From positions 330,001-362,000 of the forward strand of contig NZ_CP060715.1 of assembly GCF_014396165.1 (NCBI RefSeq): a stretch of 32,000 nt of DNA, read 5' to 3'. The stretch's first letter is position 1. The number at the start of each line of letters is the position of its first letter. The notes below the pieces were generated by a model. The model did not search any database. It was not told the origin of the DNA and saw nothing but the letters and a program-made list of their open reading frames with translations. The translations under genes were made by a program, and so were the position numbers. Positions 18,669-26,436 of this stretch are shown piece by piece. Origin of the DNA: Erysipelothrix inopinata. GTDB lineage: Bacteria; Bacillota_I; Bacilli_A; Erysipelotrichales; Erysipelotrichaceae.

Positions 18669-18696
18669 ATTATGACAGTTTTCTAAATTTTGTCAA
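18669..18696 (-). promoter_or_regulatory. SigA-type promoter of rplJ-rplL (TTGACA-16-CATAAT with an upstream TG)
   Basis: The minus strand reads TTGACAaaatttagaaaacTGtCATAAT. The -35 lies inside the last codons of the GNAT gene. Confidence 0.6.
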
Positions 18697-19177
18697 TATC
18701 TAAACACTGATTAATCATTTTTTTGTACTCTAGTAATGGTACGGGTTGTTGGTTGATTGACGAAGTGATGTTACCAACACGTTTCGCTCCCTGTTTCTCA
18801 TAAAAACCAGTTGCGTGAGCATCAGCCTCAATCTCTAATACATCCGCCTTCATATGGGAGACCATATCATCCCAGAGTATTTTTCCAATTCCCTCTCCCA
18901 TGCAATCACGATTGACAAATAGATAGTCAAGAACATCTTTTTTGTCTTGATGAATAATTACATAGAAACCTTGTATATGTTCATCCCCAACTAAACGGCT
19001 TGTTCGATTTTCATTTAGAATTGAATCCAACACAAAAACATCGCGACACTTTTCCAAGTAGCCAGGGTCATAGCCCCAACTTGCCTTAGAATCTAAGGCA
19101 AGTGTCTCAAGTTCTCGTATATCATCAATTTCGCAATTTCTAATCTGTTTCCGTGTCATTGATACGATCCAACACAT
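18683..19177 (-). CDS. GNAT-family N-acetyltransferase
   Basis: 164 aa (158 aa if ATG 19159 is used). The acetyl-CoA motif A is present (R..GEGIGKILW...) along with a C-terminal FYEKQGAKRVG. The 5' end overlaps the upstream XRE gene by 20-38 nt. Confidence 0.8.
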   Translation of the reverse strand: MCWIVSMTRKQIRNCEIDDIRELETLALDSKASWGYDPGYLEKCRDVFVLDSILNENRTSRLVGDEHIQGFYVIIHQDKKDVLDYLFVNRDCMGEGIGKILWDDMVSHMKADVLEIEADAHATGFYEKQGAKRVGNITSSINQQPVPLLEYKKMINQCLDIDKI

Positions 19178-19547
19178 CTCTCACTTTGTCGTTAGATTTC
19201 AACATCATAACGATTTCATCAACAATCAAGACTTTATCTTGATCATCCAATTCCTTAACGTTTAAACCGAGCTCCACATCTGTGGAGGTAGAAGAAAGTG
19301 CGTGAAAGAGGGCAGTCTCTAAGCTGGAGACTGTTTTATCTTTCAGACAATTGGGTGTGTCTTTGACCAGCGAGTCAATACTCACACCCAATTCATCCGA
19401 CAAACGCGCAAGGTTGTTGACATCAGGTGAGGAATTTCCCATTTCCCATTTCGCAACAGCTTGCTGCGAATAATTCATCTTATCTGCCAAATCCTTTTGC
19501 GTGAGTGCACTTTCTTTCCTAATCTTCCTTAAATTAGTCTTAAGCAC
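19140..19547 (-). CDS. XRE-family helix-turn-helix protein
   Basis: The ORF track start at 19592 is a TTG that also forms the -35 of a TTGAAA-18-TATAAT promoter (19592-19563). I prefer GTG 19547 (VLKTNLRKIRKESALTQKDLADKMNYSQQAVAKWEMG...), which gives a very short leader. The HTH_3-type motif is clear. Confidence 0.7.
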   Translation of the reverse strand: MLKTNLRKIRKESALTQKDLADKMNYSQQAVAKWEMGNSSPDVNNLARLSDELGVSIDSLVKDTPNCLKDKTVSSLETALFHALSSTSTDVELGLNVKELDDQDKVLIVDEIVMMLKSNDKVRDVLDRINDTETD

Positions 19548-19660
19548 ATAATCACCGCCATCATTATAACCACTTTGGAGTGGGTTTTTCAATGTTTTTC
19601 TGATGCTTTATCTTGTTTTTTTCAGAAACAATTATCAAACGAGCAAAATCGGTCATTATT

Positions 19661-19669
19661 TGTTATGAT
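19661..19669 (+). promoter_or_regulatory. Extended -10 element (TGtTATGAT) for the TraB-family gene
   Basis: It lies 18 nt upstream of the ATG and about 5 nt upstream of the GAGGT RBS. No good -35 was seen. Confidence 0.35.
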
Positions 19670-19686
19670 AGTTCCGAGGTACACAT

Positions 19687-20829
19687 ATGAAAACTGTTAC
19701 ATTCCAAGATAAAACAATTCACTTCGTTTCAACTGCTCACGTCTCTAAAGAGTCCGTTAACGAAGTCAAAGAAACCATTGAAACTATTCAACCTGAAGTT
19801 GTCTGCATTGAACTCGATGACAATCGTGCAGAACACCTTATGAATCCAGGGAATCAAGAAGATGTAGATATTAAAACTATTATTAAAAATAAAAAAATGC
19901 CTTCCTTTGCAGCAAATCTTATTTTGTCATCATATCAAAAGAGGATGGCAGAACAACTCGATACATCAGTCGGTGCCGAAATGAAGCAAGCAATCGAAAG
20001 TGCACAAGAGTTTGAAATACCACTTCGGTACATTGATCGTGATGTTCAAGTCACATTCGAACGCATTTGGGGCAATCTCAAGATGTTTAAACGCATCGAA
20101 CTCCTTACATCTTTAATATTTAGTGCTTTCGAATCTGACGAGATAGACGAAGAAGATATTGAATCCCTAAAACAAAGCGACCTTCTTTACGAATCCGTAA
20201 AGGAACTGGATGACAAACTTCCTGAAATATCGCGCGTTCTATTACACGAACGAAACGAGTACATGGCCGAAAAAATTAAAGCACTTCCTTACAACAACAT
20301 TGTGGTAGTTATCGGTGCGGCACATACAGAAGGAATCATCGAATGTCTCGATCAAGAACACGACATTTACGAACTCAATCAAATACCACCAAAAAAGAAA
20401 AAATCTTTTAAGAATTGGATCATTCCCGGAACTATCATTATGATGATTCTGGCATTAAGTTTTAAAAATCCAAACCTTGGAGCTCACCAATTTATTTCTT
20501 GGATATTGCTCAGTGCAGGACTTGCAACCTTAGGAGCCATCCTTTGCGGTGCGCATCCCTTAACAATCCTCACAACTTTTATATCAGCTCCAATTGGCAC
20601 CCTATCACCATTTCTAGCGGTAGGATTCTTTGCCGGACTCATGGAAGCATATCAAAGACCGCCACGCGTCTCTGATTTCGACGCAGTGCCTCAAGATATC
20701 TCTTCTTTCAAGAAATGGTACTCGAATCGAGTCTTACGTATTATAATGATTATGTTAGCTACCAATCTTTTAAGTACAATTGGGACTTTCATATCTGGTG
20801 GACAGATTTTTTCCAACCTACTTCATTAA
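19687..20829 (+). CDS. TraB/PrgY/GumN-family protein with a C-terminal polytopic membrane domain
   Basis: 380 aa. The N-terminus IHFVSTAHVSKESVNEVKETIETIQPEVVCIELD and the later VVVIGAAHTEGI are TraB-family hallmarks. The last 140 aa or so contain about 4 hydrophobic helices. Confidence 0.8.
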   Translation: MKTVTFQDKTIHFVSTAHVSKESVNEVKETIETIQPEVVCIELDDNRAEHLMNPGNQEDVDIKTIIKNKKMPSFAANLILSSYQKRMAEQLDTSVGAEMKQAIESAQEFEIPLRYIDRDVQVTFERIWGNLKMFKRIELLTSLIFSAFESDEIDEEDIESLKQSDLLYESVKELDDKLPEISRVLLHERNEYMAEKIKALPYNNIVVVIGAAHTEGIIECLDQEHDIYELNQIPPKKKKSFKNWIIPGTIIMMILALSFKNPNLGAHQFISWILLSAGLATLGAILCGAHPLTILTTFISAPIGTLSPFLAVGFFAGLMEAYQRPPRVSDFDAVPQDISSFKKWYSNRVLRIIMIMLATNLLSTIGTFISGGQIFSNLLH

Positions 20830-20840
20830 AGGAGAATATT

Positions 20841-21446
20841 ATGAAAAAAGATAATGAAAATGTAATAGAAACAACCCTAAAAGAGGCAACAAAAGACTTT
20901 AAAAAGATATTTGATAAAATAATCAAAGACGGTGAACACTACATTGTTAACGATGAAGATGGTGAATCAGTAGTGATGCTTCCCGCCGATGACTTCTACT
21001 CTCTTCTCGATATCCTCGCTACACAATTTAGCGATATTCTTGAAGAAGACGATGACGACTTCTTGAATAAAGAATCAAAATTCAACGATTTCCTCAATGC
21101 CATTACTTTTAATAGCGAAACCTTCACGGACTATGTTTTATCTAATGATCTCGACTTTGATGTAATCGATGAATTCCTCGAAGAAAATATCAATGTTGAG
21201 CAAATGGTTGAAGCAATTTTAGATTACAACGGTAATCTAGAATTACTACCAGTTATCAAGGCTGAAATTAAATTCAGTGAACAGTTCGACGCACTCGACG
21301 ATGATCTCATGGAACTTATTTTTGACAAAGTTCCAAACGACGACCTTCTCTTCAAGTACTTCAATAATGAAATCACTCGCGAAGAATTCGTCTCAATGCT
21401 TAACACATTGCCAGATGTAAACATTGAACCATCACATTTGCACTAA
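20841..21446 (+). CDS. Highly acidic 201-aa protein with a Phd/YefM-like N-terminal segment
   Basis: ATG 20841 has RBS AAGGAG that overlaps the traB-like stop. The ORF-track start at 20715 lies inside the upstream gene. By my count there are 52 D/E against 15 K/R. The N-terminus (LKEATKDFKKIFDKIIKDGEHYIVNDEDGESVVMLPADDFYSLLD) resembles the antitoxin fold signature. Confidence 0.65.
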   Translation: MKKDNENVIETTLKEATKDFKKIFDKIIKDGEHYIVNDEDGESVVMLPADDFYSLLDILATQFSDILEEDDDDFLNKESKFNDFLNAITFNSETFTDYVLSNDLDFDVIDEFLEENINVEQMVEAILDYNGNLELLPVIKAEIKFSEQFDALDDDLMELIFDKVPNDDLLFKYFNNEITREEFVSMLNTLPDVNIEPSHLH

Positions 21447-21449
21447 TTC

Positions 21450-21475
21450 AAAACAGCTTCGGCTGTTTTTATTTT
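21450..21475 (+). terminator. Rho-independent terminator
   Basis: AAACAGC-ttcg-GCTGTTT followed by TTTATTTT. Confidence 0.75.
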
Positions 21476-21537
21476 GATTAATCTTAATATCTCCTTAATG
21501 CGTTTAGATTTAAAATAAATTCATCAAGGAGCATATC

Positions 21538-21891
21538 ATGGAAAATAACTTATTAGAACTGATAGAATACGTTGAAACTCATCTCACGGATTCGGACTAT
21601 CAAAATGTAATCAAAAAAATAGCGTTATCAATGGCAGACAAGCCCGACTCAGCAATTCCACATAACTTACTGGGCATTGTCTTACTAAAGCACGGACTTT
21701 ATAATCTGGCCATGAACCATTTTCGAGCAGCTGTAGCATTGGATCCTACATATACGCCAGCAAATTATAATATGATTTCTTGCGATGATCCGAAATTTCA
21801 CCCCGCATTCTCTAGTAATACAATCATTCAAGGTTCAACTCAAAAACTAACAATTACTAAAGACGGGAACATTACAGTCATTCATATCTAA
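21538..21891 (+). CDS. Small hypothetical protein with one TPR-like motif
   Basis: 117 aa. LLGIVLLKHGLYNLAMNHFRAAVALDPTYTPANYNM fits a TPR repeat. RBS AAGGAG. Confidence 0.5.
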   Translation: MENNLLELIEYVETHLTDSDYQNVIKKIALSMADKPDSAIPHNLLGIVLLKHGLYNLAMNHFRAAVALDPTYTPANYNMISCDDPKFHPAFSSNTIIQGSTQKLTITKDGNITVIHI

Positions 21892-21895
21892 ATAA

Positions 21896-21917
21896 AAGGT
21901 CGTCTTATGACAACCTT
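21896..21917. terminator. Bidirectional terminator between convergent genes
   Basis: AAGGTcGTC-ttat-GACaACCTT, flanked by an A-run and a T-run. Confidence 0.6.
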
Positions 21918-21921
21918 TTTC

Positions 21922-23127
21922 TCAGGACTGATATTTCTTCTTACCAAAAATCAACAAGCAGCCAGAAAACAAGAACGTAACTCCTGCCACCCAAAATGGT
22001 GATAACGGATTTTTAGAATAAGTGTACGACGTCAACAATGCTCCAGCAATCTTCCCTAACATGAGAACTGAATTGTATAGCCCCGAAATTTGATTCCCTT
22101 CTTCGACACTGTGTTTACGGGCAATGATTGAGTTTTGAAGTAGTGGTATCATCATGGTATAAACACCAAACCAGATTAACGATATTCCCACAAACATTGC
22201 TGCAGTTCTTAAGTTTGCGACCCAAAGTGACGTAACACCCATGATAAGTAATACGACAATTAAAATTGACTCCTGTCCCTTTTTCTTTCTTCCCATGCGA
22301 ATCAGTATCACGTTTAATACAAGAGCAAAGACACCAGTCACTGCTTTAATTAAACCATTTTGGCTGGGTTTAAAATTAAAGATATCTTTAATGTAATAGT
22401 TGAAGCTTTGATCAAACAGGGTTACTCCTATTGATGAGACAAGGTTCACAATCATTAGAATTAAAATAATATCTCTGAGTAAATGCTTTGATTTTTTAAC
22501 AATGTTCAAGGGGTTTGAATCTTTAATCATACTCAATTCAAGGTGTTCTTCAACACTTTCATAAGGTCCTAGCAACAGGTACATAGCTACACCCACCACG
22601 ACATCTAATATCGCTTGGATAACAAACGTAAGTCTGACGGAGATGTCACCAATCATTCCACCTAGGAAAAAACCTAAGGCAGCACCCACACTGATCAAAA
22701 TAGAATTAATCGTTATATAACGTGCTTGACTATCTTCCGGTGACTCATTCACAACATAACTCATGAGCCCTACCTGAAATCCTCCAGCAAAGATACCACT
22801 AAGCAATCGTGCACCATAAATTTGAAGTTCAGTCGTAGAATAGCCAAACATAATCTGTGTTAGCGCATATCCTATTGCTGAAATCATCAAGATTCTACTC
22901 TTTTTCATACCATTCGCTACATTCGACCACACGAGTGCGAAAATAAAATTACTAAAACACATCGCCGCGAAAGAAATACCAAAAACTCTTGGCGGTAAGC
23001 CCAAACTTTTAATCAAAGTTGGTGTTACAGGATGCCCTAAATTCATACCAATGGTTAGTAAGAGATTTAGAACTACAAAAATACTCATTTTATGCTTTTC
23101 AATTTTAGACATTTTTAACTTCTCCAT
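21922..23127 (-). CDS. MFS transporter
   Basis: 401 aa with about 12 hydrophobic helices. The start could be ATG 23112 (GGAG 9 nt upstream). An extended -10 (TGaTATAAT) lies only about 9 nt upstream of ATG 23127. Confidence 0.85.
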   Translation of the reverse strand: MEKLKMSKIEKHKMSIFVVLNLLLTIGMNLGHPVTPTLIKSLGLPPRVFGISFAAMCFSNFIFALVWSNVANGMKKSRILMISAIGYALTQIMFGYSTTELQIYGARLLSGIFAGGFQVGLMSYVVNESPEDSQARYITINSILISVGAALGFFLGGMIGDISVRLTFVIQAILDVVVGVAMYLLLGPYESVEEHLELSMIKDSNPLNIVKKSKHLLRDIILILMIVNLVSSIGVTLFDQSFNYYIKDIFNFKPSQNGLIKAVTGVFALVLNVILIRMGRKKKGQESILIVVLLIMGVTSLWVANLRTAAMFVGISLIWFGVYTMMIPLLQNSIIARKHSVEEGNQISGLYNSVLMLGKIAGALLTSYTYSKNPLSPFWVAGVTFLFSGCLLIFGKKKYQS

Positions 23128-23152
23128 ACGCCCACCATTATATCACAAGCAT

Positions 23153-23183
23153 GAAAAAGAGCACTCGTTTCATAGAGTACTCT
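23153..23183 (-). terminator. Rho-independent terminator after the nucleotidyltransferase gene
   Basis: The minus strand has AGAGTACTC-tatgaaac-GAGTGCTCT (one mismatch) followed by T5. Confidence 0.6.
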
Positions 23184-23190
23184 CTTTTAA

Positions 23191-24090
23191 TTATTTCCAA
23201 AGTTTACTTGGGTAAGTTCCATCAGTTTGGAATTTATCGAATTGTGCCAATACCATTGGTTTATCTTCTTGGTATGTAACACCAAACCAACGATCAGGTG
23301 TTTGTAATATTTGAACTGACAATTTACCATCATCAATTAATGATCCCACATCGTTTGGTAACAACGCTTCTGCTTTCATTGGATTTCCTGCTACATCTTC
23401 TTTAAGGAAACGCTCAAATTTGCTGTCCATTAAATCGAAGATTGCCGGTGTGAAGCCCCAGAAGTTCATTGATACTAAGGTTCCATCAGGGATAAGTGCC
23501 TCATCAGGTCCACCTACAACACCCTTGTCTGTACGTTTGATACCATCTGTTTCAACGATATCCACTAGGAAACCTTCTTTATCTTTACATACACCACGTG
23601 TAACAGTTCCGTTATCTGTAATTGTATTATCAACAATATAACCCATCATTGATGCTTTATCATCAGCTACAGATTCTTTCAAGAATTTTGCCATTTCAAC
23701 GAATGCTTGTTTTCCATAATAATCATCAGCATTGATAATCATAAATGGTCCTGTAACATGTTTTCTAGCACTTAATAATGCATGTGTTGTTCCCCATGGT
23801 TTTTCACGGCCTTCAACACCTTCAAACCACTCAGGTACATCTTTAATATTTTGGAATGCATATTCCACATTGATATGAGGACGAATCTTAGCAACCAATT
23901 CTTCTTCAAAAATGGCTTCGTGCTCTTCACGAATGATTAAAACTAATTTGTTAAATCCTGCTTGGATGGCATCATAAATTGAAAAGTCAATAATCGCCTC
24001 ACCGCTTTTACCAAACTTATCAATTTGTTTCAATCCACCATAACGGCTTCCCATTCCAGCAGCTAAAATTACTAATGTTAGATCTTCCAT
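23191..24090 (-). CDS. Sugar-1-phosphate nucleotidylyltransferase (NTP_transferase family)
   Basis: 299 aa. The N-terminal LVILAAGMGSRYGGLKQ is the G-x-G-x-R nucleotide-binding loop. RBS GGAGGA, with an extended -10 (TGgTATAAT, 24112-24120) upstream. Confidence 0.8.
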   Translation of the reverse strand: MEDLTLVILAAGMGSRYGGLKQIDKFGKSGEAIIDFSIYDAIQAGFNKLVLIIREEHEAIFEEELVAKIRPHINVEYAFQNIKDVPEWFEGVEGREKPWGTTHALLSARKHVTGPFMIINADDYYGKQAFVEMAKFLKESVADDKASMMGYIVDNTITDNGTVTRGVCKDKEGFLVDIVETDGIKRTDKGVVGGPDEALIPDGTLVSMNFWGFTPAIFDLMDSKFERFLKEDVAGNPMKAEALLPNDVGSLIDDGKLSVQILQTPDRWFGVTYQEDKPMVLAQFDKFQTDGTYPSKLWK

Positions 24091-24270
24091 AAAAATCCTC
24101 CGTTCTCATGTATTATACCATAGGCCTTACATTATTTTGATGCAATATCATGTGTAATCTTGCGAAATCTACCCCAACTAGCATATTGCACTTTTTAATT
24201 ACTTCATATCACCCGTAGTGCTATCACAATTTATGATAAACTATCTTTAACACGTGTTGGGAGGAATCTT

Positions 24271-25107
24271 ATGATTCTTAATAATCAAATTAAAATCTAT
24301 CGTCAAGCAGCTGGACTTACTCAGGAACAACTTGCTGAAAAAATGTATTTGTCACGTCAATCCATTTCAAAGTGGGAAAACGGGGAATCCTATCCAAGCA
24401 TTGATAATCTCATTTTACTCAGTGATATTCTATCGATTCCACTTGATGACCTTGTCAAAGAGAAACTTAACTTTCCAACACCCTTTGATTTTGGAAAACC
24501 TAAAAGTAAGAAACCTCTTTTTGTGGCTTCTTTTTTTCCCTGTTTATTATTTATCGCATCTCTTTTAGAAACAGGTGATTTGTCCCTCCGTCTCATCCCC
24601 CTTTTCGCAGGGATCTTTTCTATTGGAATCATCCGATCACTTACTCCATTTGATTTCAAACGATACTATTCTTACTTCACGGTGCACCGTCAAGGTATTG
24701 AAGTAGATACAACAACTGGAAAACTTTCCTCAATTAAAATCCTTAAAAGTCTTTTCGGTAAGAGATCCACTAAATTTATTCCTTTAAAGTCAATTCAAAG
24801 TATCACCATCCACTTTGATACTTCTGGATATCAAGGTTCTGATGGAATGGATTATCGACCACGTCAGATGTATCTTGTTAGAGAATCCTTTTTTATGACA
24901 TTGAAGACAAATGAGAACGATATTTATACACTTGATTTAGACTCCGTATATTACCCAAGTTCAAAAGAAAACCAATACTTCTATTCAATCTGTTGTTATC
25001 TCTATAAAAACGATATCAAGATTATGGACCCCTGCAAGATATTAGAATCCATTCATCACGAGTACGAATTTATTGAAGAAGCTTACAAACTAAAAAAAGA
25101 ATCTTAA
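24271..25107 (+). CDS. Membrane-tethered XRE-family regulator (HTH + 2 TM + C-terminal domain of unknown function), paralog 1
   Basis: 278 aa. XRE HTH (IKIYRQAAGLTQEQLAEKMYLSRQSISKWENGESYPSIDNLILLSDIL), two hydrophobic helices (aa ~83-103 and ~107-128), then a ~150-aa domain shared with the next gene. RBS GGGAGG. Confidence 0.75.
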   Translation: MILNNQIKIYRQAAGLTQEQLAEKMYLSRQSISKWENGESYPSIDNLILLSDILSIPLDDLVKEKLNFPTPFDFGKPKSKKPLFVASFFPCLLFIASLLETGDLSLRLIPLFAGIFSIGIIRSLTPFDFKRYYSYFTVHRQGIEVDTTTGKLSSIKILKSLFGKRSTKFIPLKSIQSITIHFDTSGYQGSDGMDYRPRQMYLVRESFFMTLKTNENDIYTLDLDSVYYPSSKENQYFYSICCYLYKNDIKIMDPCKILESIHHEYEFIEEAYKLKKES

Positions 25108-25202
25108 TTTTCATATTATAGCTACTAAACAGTGCTTCGCAACTATTAAGTGCGTGATATTTCATCATACTTATCCTATGATTTTGATAGGAGGTAGAGA
25201 TT

Positions 25203-26048
25203 ATGCTACTACATGAATATATGAAAAAGTTTCGTAAGAAATACAATATGACACAATCAGATTTAGGCAATGAACTTGGAGTTCCTTTGGAACAAATTAT
25301 TCTTTGGGAATCGCGGAGAGAATTTCCTGACGCAGGTCAGAAACAAAAAATCCTCAATTATTTTGATGCGAAAAATAAAGGAATTGTTGATACTGATTCA
25401 ATACTCAAACTTCCATTTCTGTTTGGAAAACCACGCAGTTTCAAACCCGTCATCTTCTCTGCACTTATTCCTACATTGCTATTTTCATTTGCATTTATTA
25501 ACACTTCTTGGGAACCCCAAGAAAGAGGTCTCTTTGTTTTACTCGGAATATCAAGCATGTTTTTAATTTCAATTGTCAGTCCATTCGACTTCAAGACTTA
25601 TTATTCTTATTTTGGTGTTTATGAAGATTACATCGATGTGGACGACACTCGTGGATTTATTGCCTTAATTAAAACCATCAAAGGAATTTTCGGACGAAGA
25701 AAATCGATACACATCCCCTATGAGAATATTAAATCAATGGAAATTATGTTTGATACACATGGACATGGTAGCATTCAAGGTTTGGATCACCGTCGTCGTC
25801 AAATGTATCGAAACCGGGAATTTTTCGTTATCAACATGGTCACCTATGACGGTAAAACATATCAGCTTAACCTAGACCGAACCTTTTATAAGGATGATCC
25901 AGAACGTCATGACTTCAATGCAATGTTTGACTTCTTTGAAGAAAAAGGAATCCCTGTGAGTGATCCTAAAATGATTCGTTATTCCTTCGTAAATTATGAA
26001 GATTTTGTTATCAACGCTTATAAAACTGTGGGGAAAAATGTCCAATAA
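25203..26048 (+). CDS. Membrane-tethered XRE-family regulator, paralog 2
   Basis: 281 aa with the same architecture as paralog 1. Shared motifs: FGKP.S.KP, PFDFK.YYSYF.V, FG+R, IP...I.S..I.FDT.G, R.RQMY..RE.F, Y.L.LD. RBS AGGAGG. Confidence 0.75.
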   Translation: MLLHEYMKKFRKKYNMTQSDLGNELGVPLEQIILWESRREFPDAGQKQKILNYFDAKNKGIVDTDSILKLPFLFGKPRSFKPVIFSALIPTLLFSFAFINTSWEPQERGLFVLLGISSMFLISIVSPFDFKTYYSYFGVYEDYIDVDDTRGFIALIKTIKGIFGRRKSIHIPYENIKSMEIMFDTHGHGSIQGLDHRRRQMYRNREFFVINMVTYDGKTYQLNLDRTFYKDDPERHDFNAMFDFFEEKGIPVSDPKMIRYSFVNYEDFVINAYKTVGKNVQ

Positions 26049-26095
26049 TTAAGCAGAATTTTAACTTTTTCTCAAAATTACTAAGATAATTATTG

Positions 26096-26124
26096 TTGAC
26101 AACAATCTTAGATTGGTTTATTAT
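26096..26124 (+). promoter_or_regulatory. SigA-type promoter (TTGACA-17-TATTAT) of the T-box leader
   Basis: TTGACA at 26096-26101 and TATTAT at 26119-26124. Confidence 0.7.
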
Positions 26125-26130
26125 TACACT

Positions 26131-26362
26131 TAAATCGACGAACAAGAGAGTAGTTCATTAAAAATTTATAGCGAATTAGGGTTGGTGGAAGCCTAAGAAA
26201 TTGATGATGAATGAAACGCACTTGGGAGATGTTTCTTTGAACTTAGTAGGAGAAACCGCAAACCTAGCGTTACAGGAAAGAGGTCTTATTACTAAATAAG
26301 GCAATTAGAGTGGTACCGCGTATTATACGTCTCTAGATAAATATATCTAGGGACGTTTTTTT
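26131..26362 (+). promoter_or_regulatory. T-box riboswitch leader, specifier CGC (arginine)
   Basis: Elements seen: AGAGAGTAG box; distal-loop-like GGTTGGTGGAAGCC; AGCGTTA F-box-like element; T-box sequence AATTAGAGTGGTACCGCG (26303-26320); a 12-bp terminator hairpin at 26328-26355 followed by T7. The specifier CGC at 26217-26219, followed by A, was placed by register with the B. subtilis glyQS leader. Confidence 0.85.
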
Positions 26363-26394
26363 GTTCCTAGATCTCAAAAAAGGAGAGAGAGAAC

Positions 26395-26436
26395 ATGAAA
26401 ACAACTCAATTAACGCGACGACGATGTGGCTTCTAA
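26395..26436 (+). CDS. Candidate 13-codon leader ORF MKTTQLTRRRCGF (three tandem CGA Arg codons)
   Basis: AGGAG (26381-26385), then 9 nt, then ATG. It lies between the T-box terminator and the SBP gene. Too short to judge by coding statistics. Confidence 0.25.
   Translation: MKTTQLTRRRCGF

Noticed and set aside
20715-20840. The longer start for the acidic protein, which overlaps the traB-like gene by 115 nt.
   Set aside because: It has no RBS, and the extension is in an alternative frame of the TraB membrane domain. ATG 20841 has AAGGAG at the ideal distance.
24332-24659. Alternative-frame and antisense ORFs inside both XRE paralogs (24332-24568 +, 24390-24659 -, 25270-25566 +, 25358-25594 -). 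The two antisense ORFs both start MKSNG.
   Set aside because: The shared MKSNG is simply the reverse complement of the conserved PFDFK codons. The ORFs have no RBS and are by-products of the paralogy and of T-rich TM-helix codons.
26201-26213. ATG (Met) or GAT (Asp) in the GATGATGA stretch as the T-box specifier codon.
   Set aside because: That stretch pairs within or flanks the upper part of stem I (AATTT/AAATT and TTCATT/AATGAA helices). By register with the glyQS leader, the specifier loop lies 3' of the AATGAA helix, giving CGC-A.
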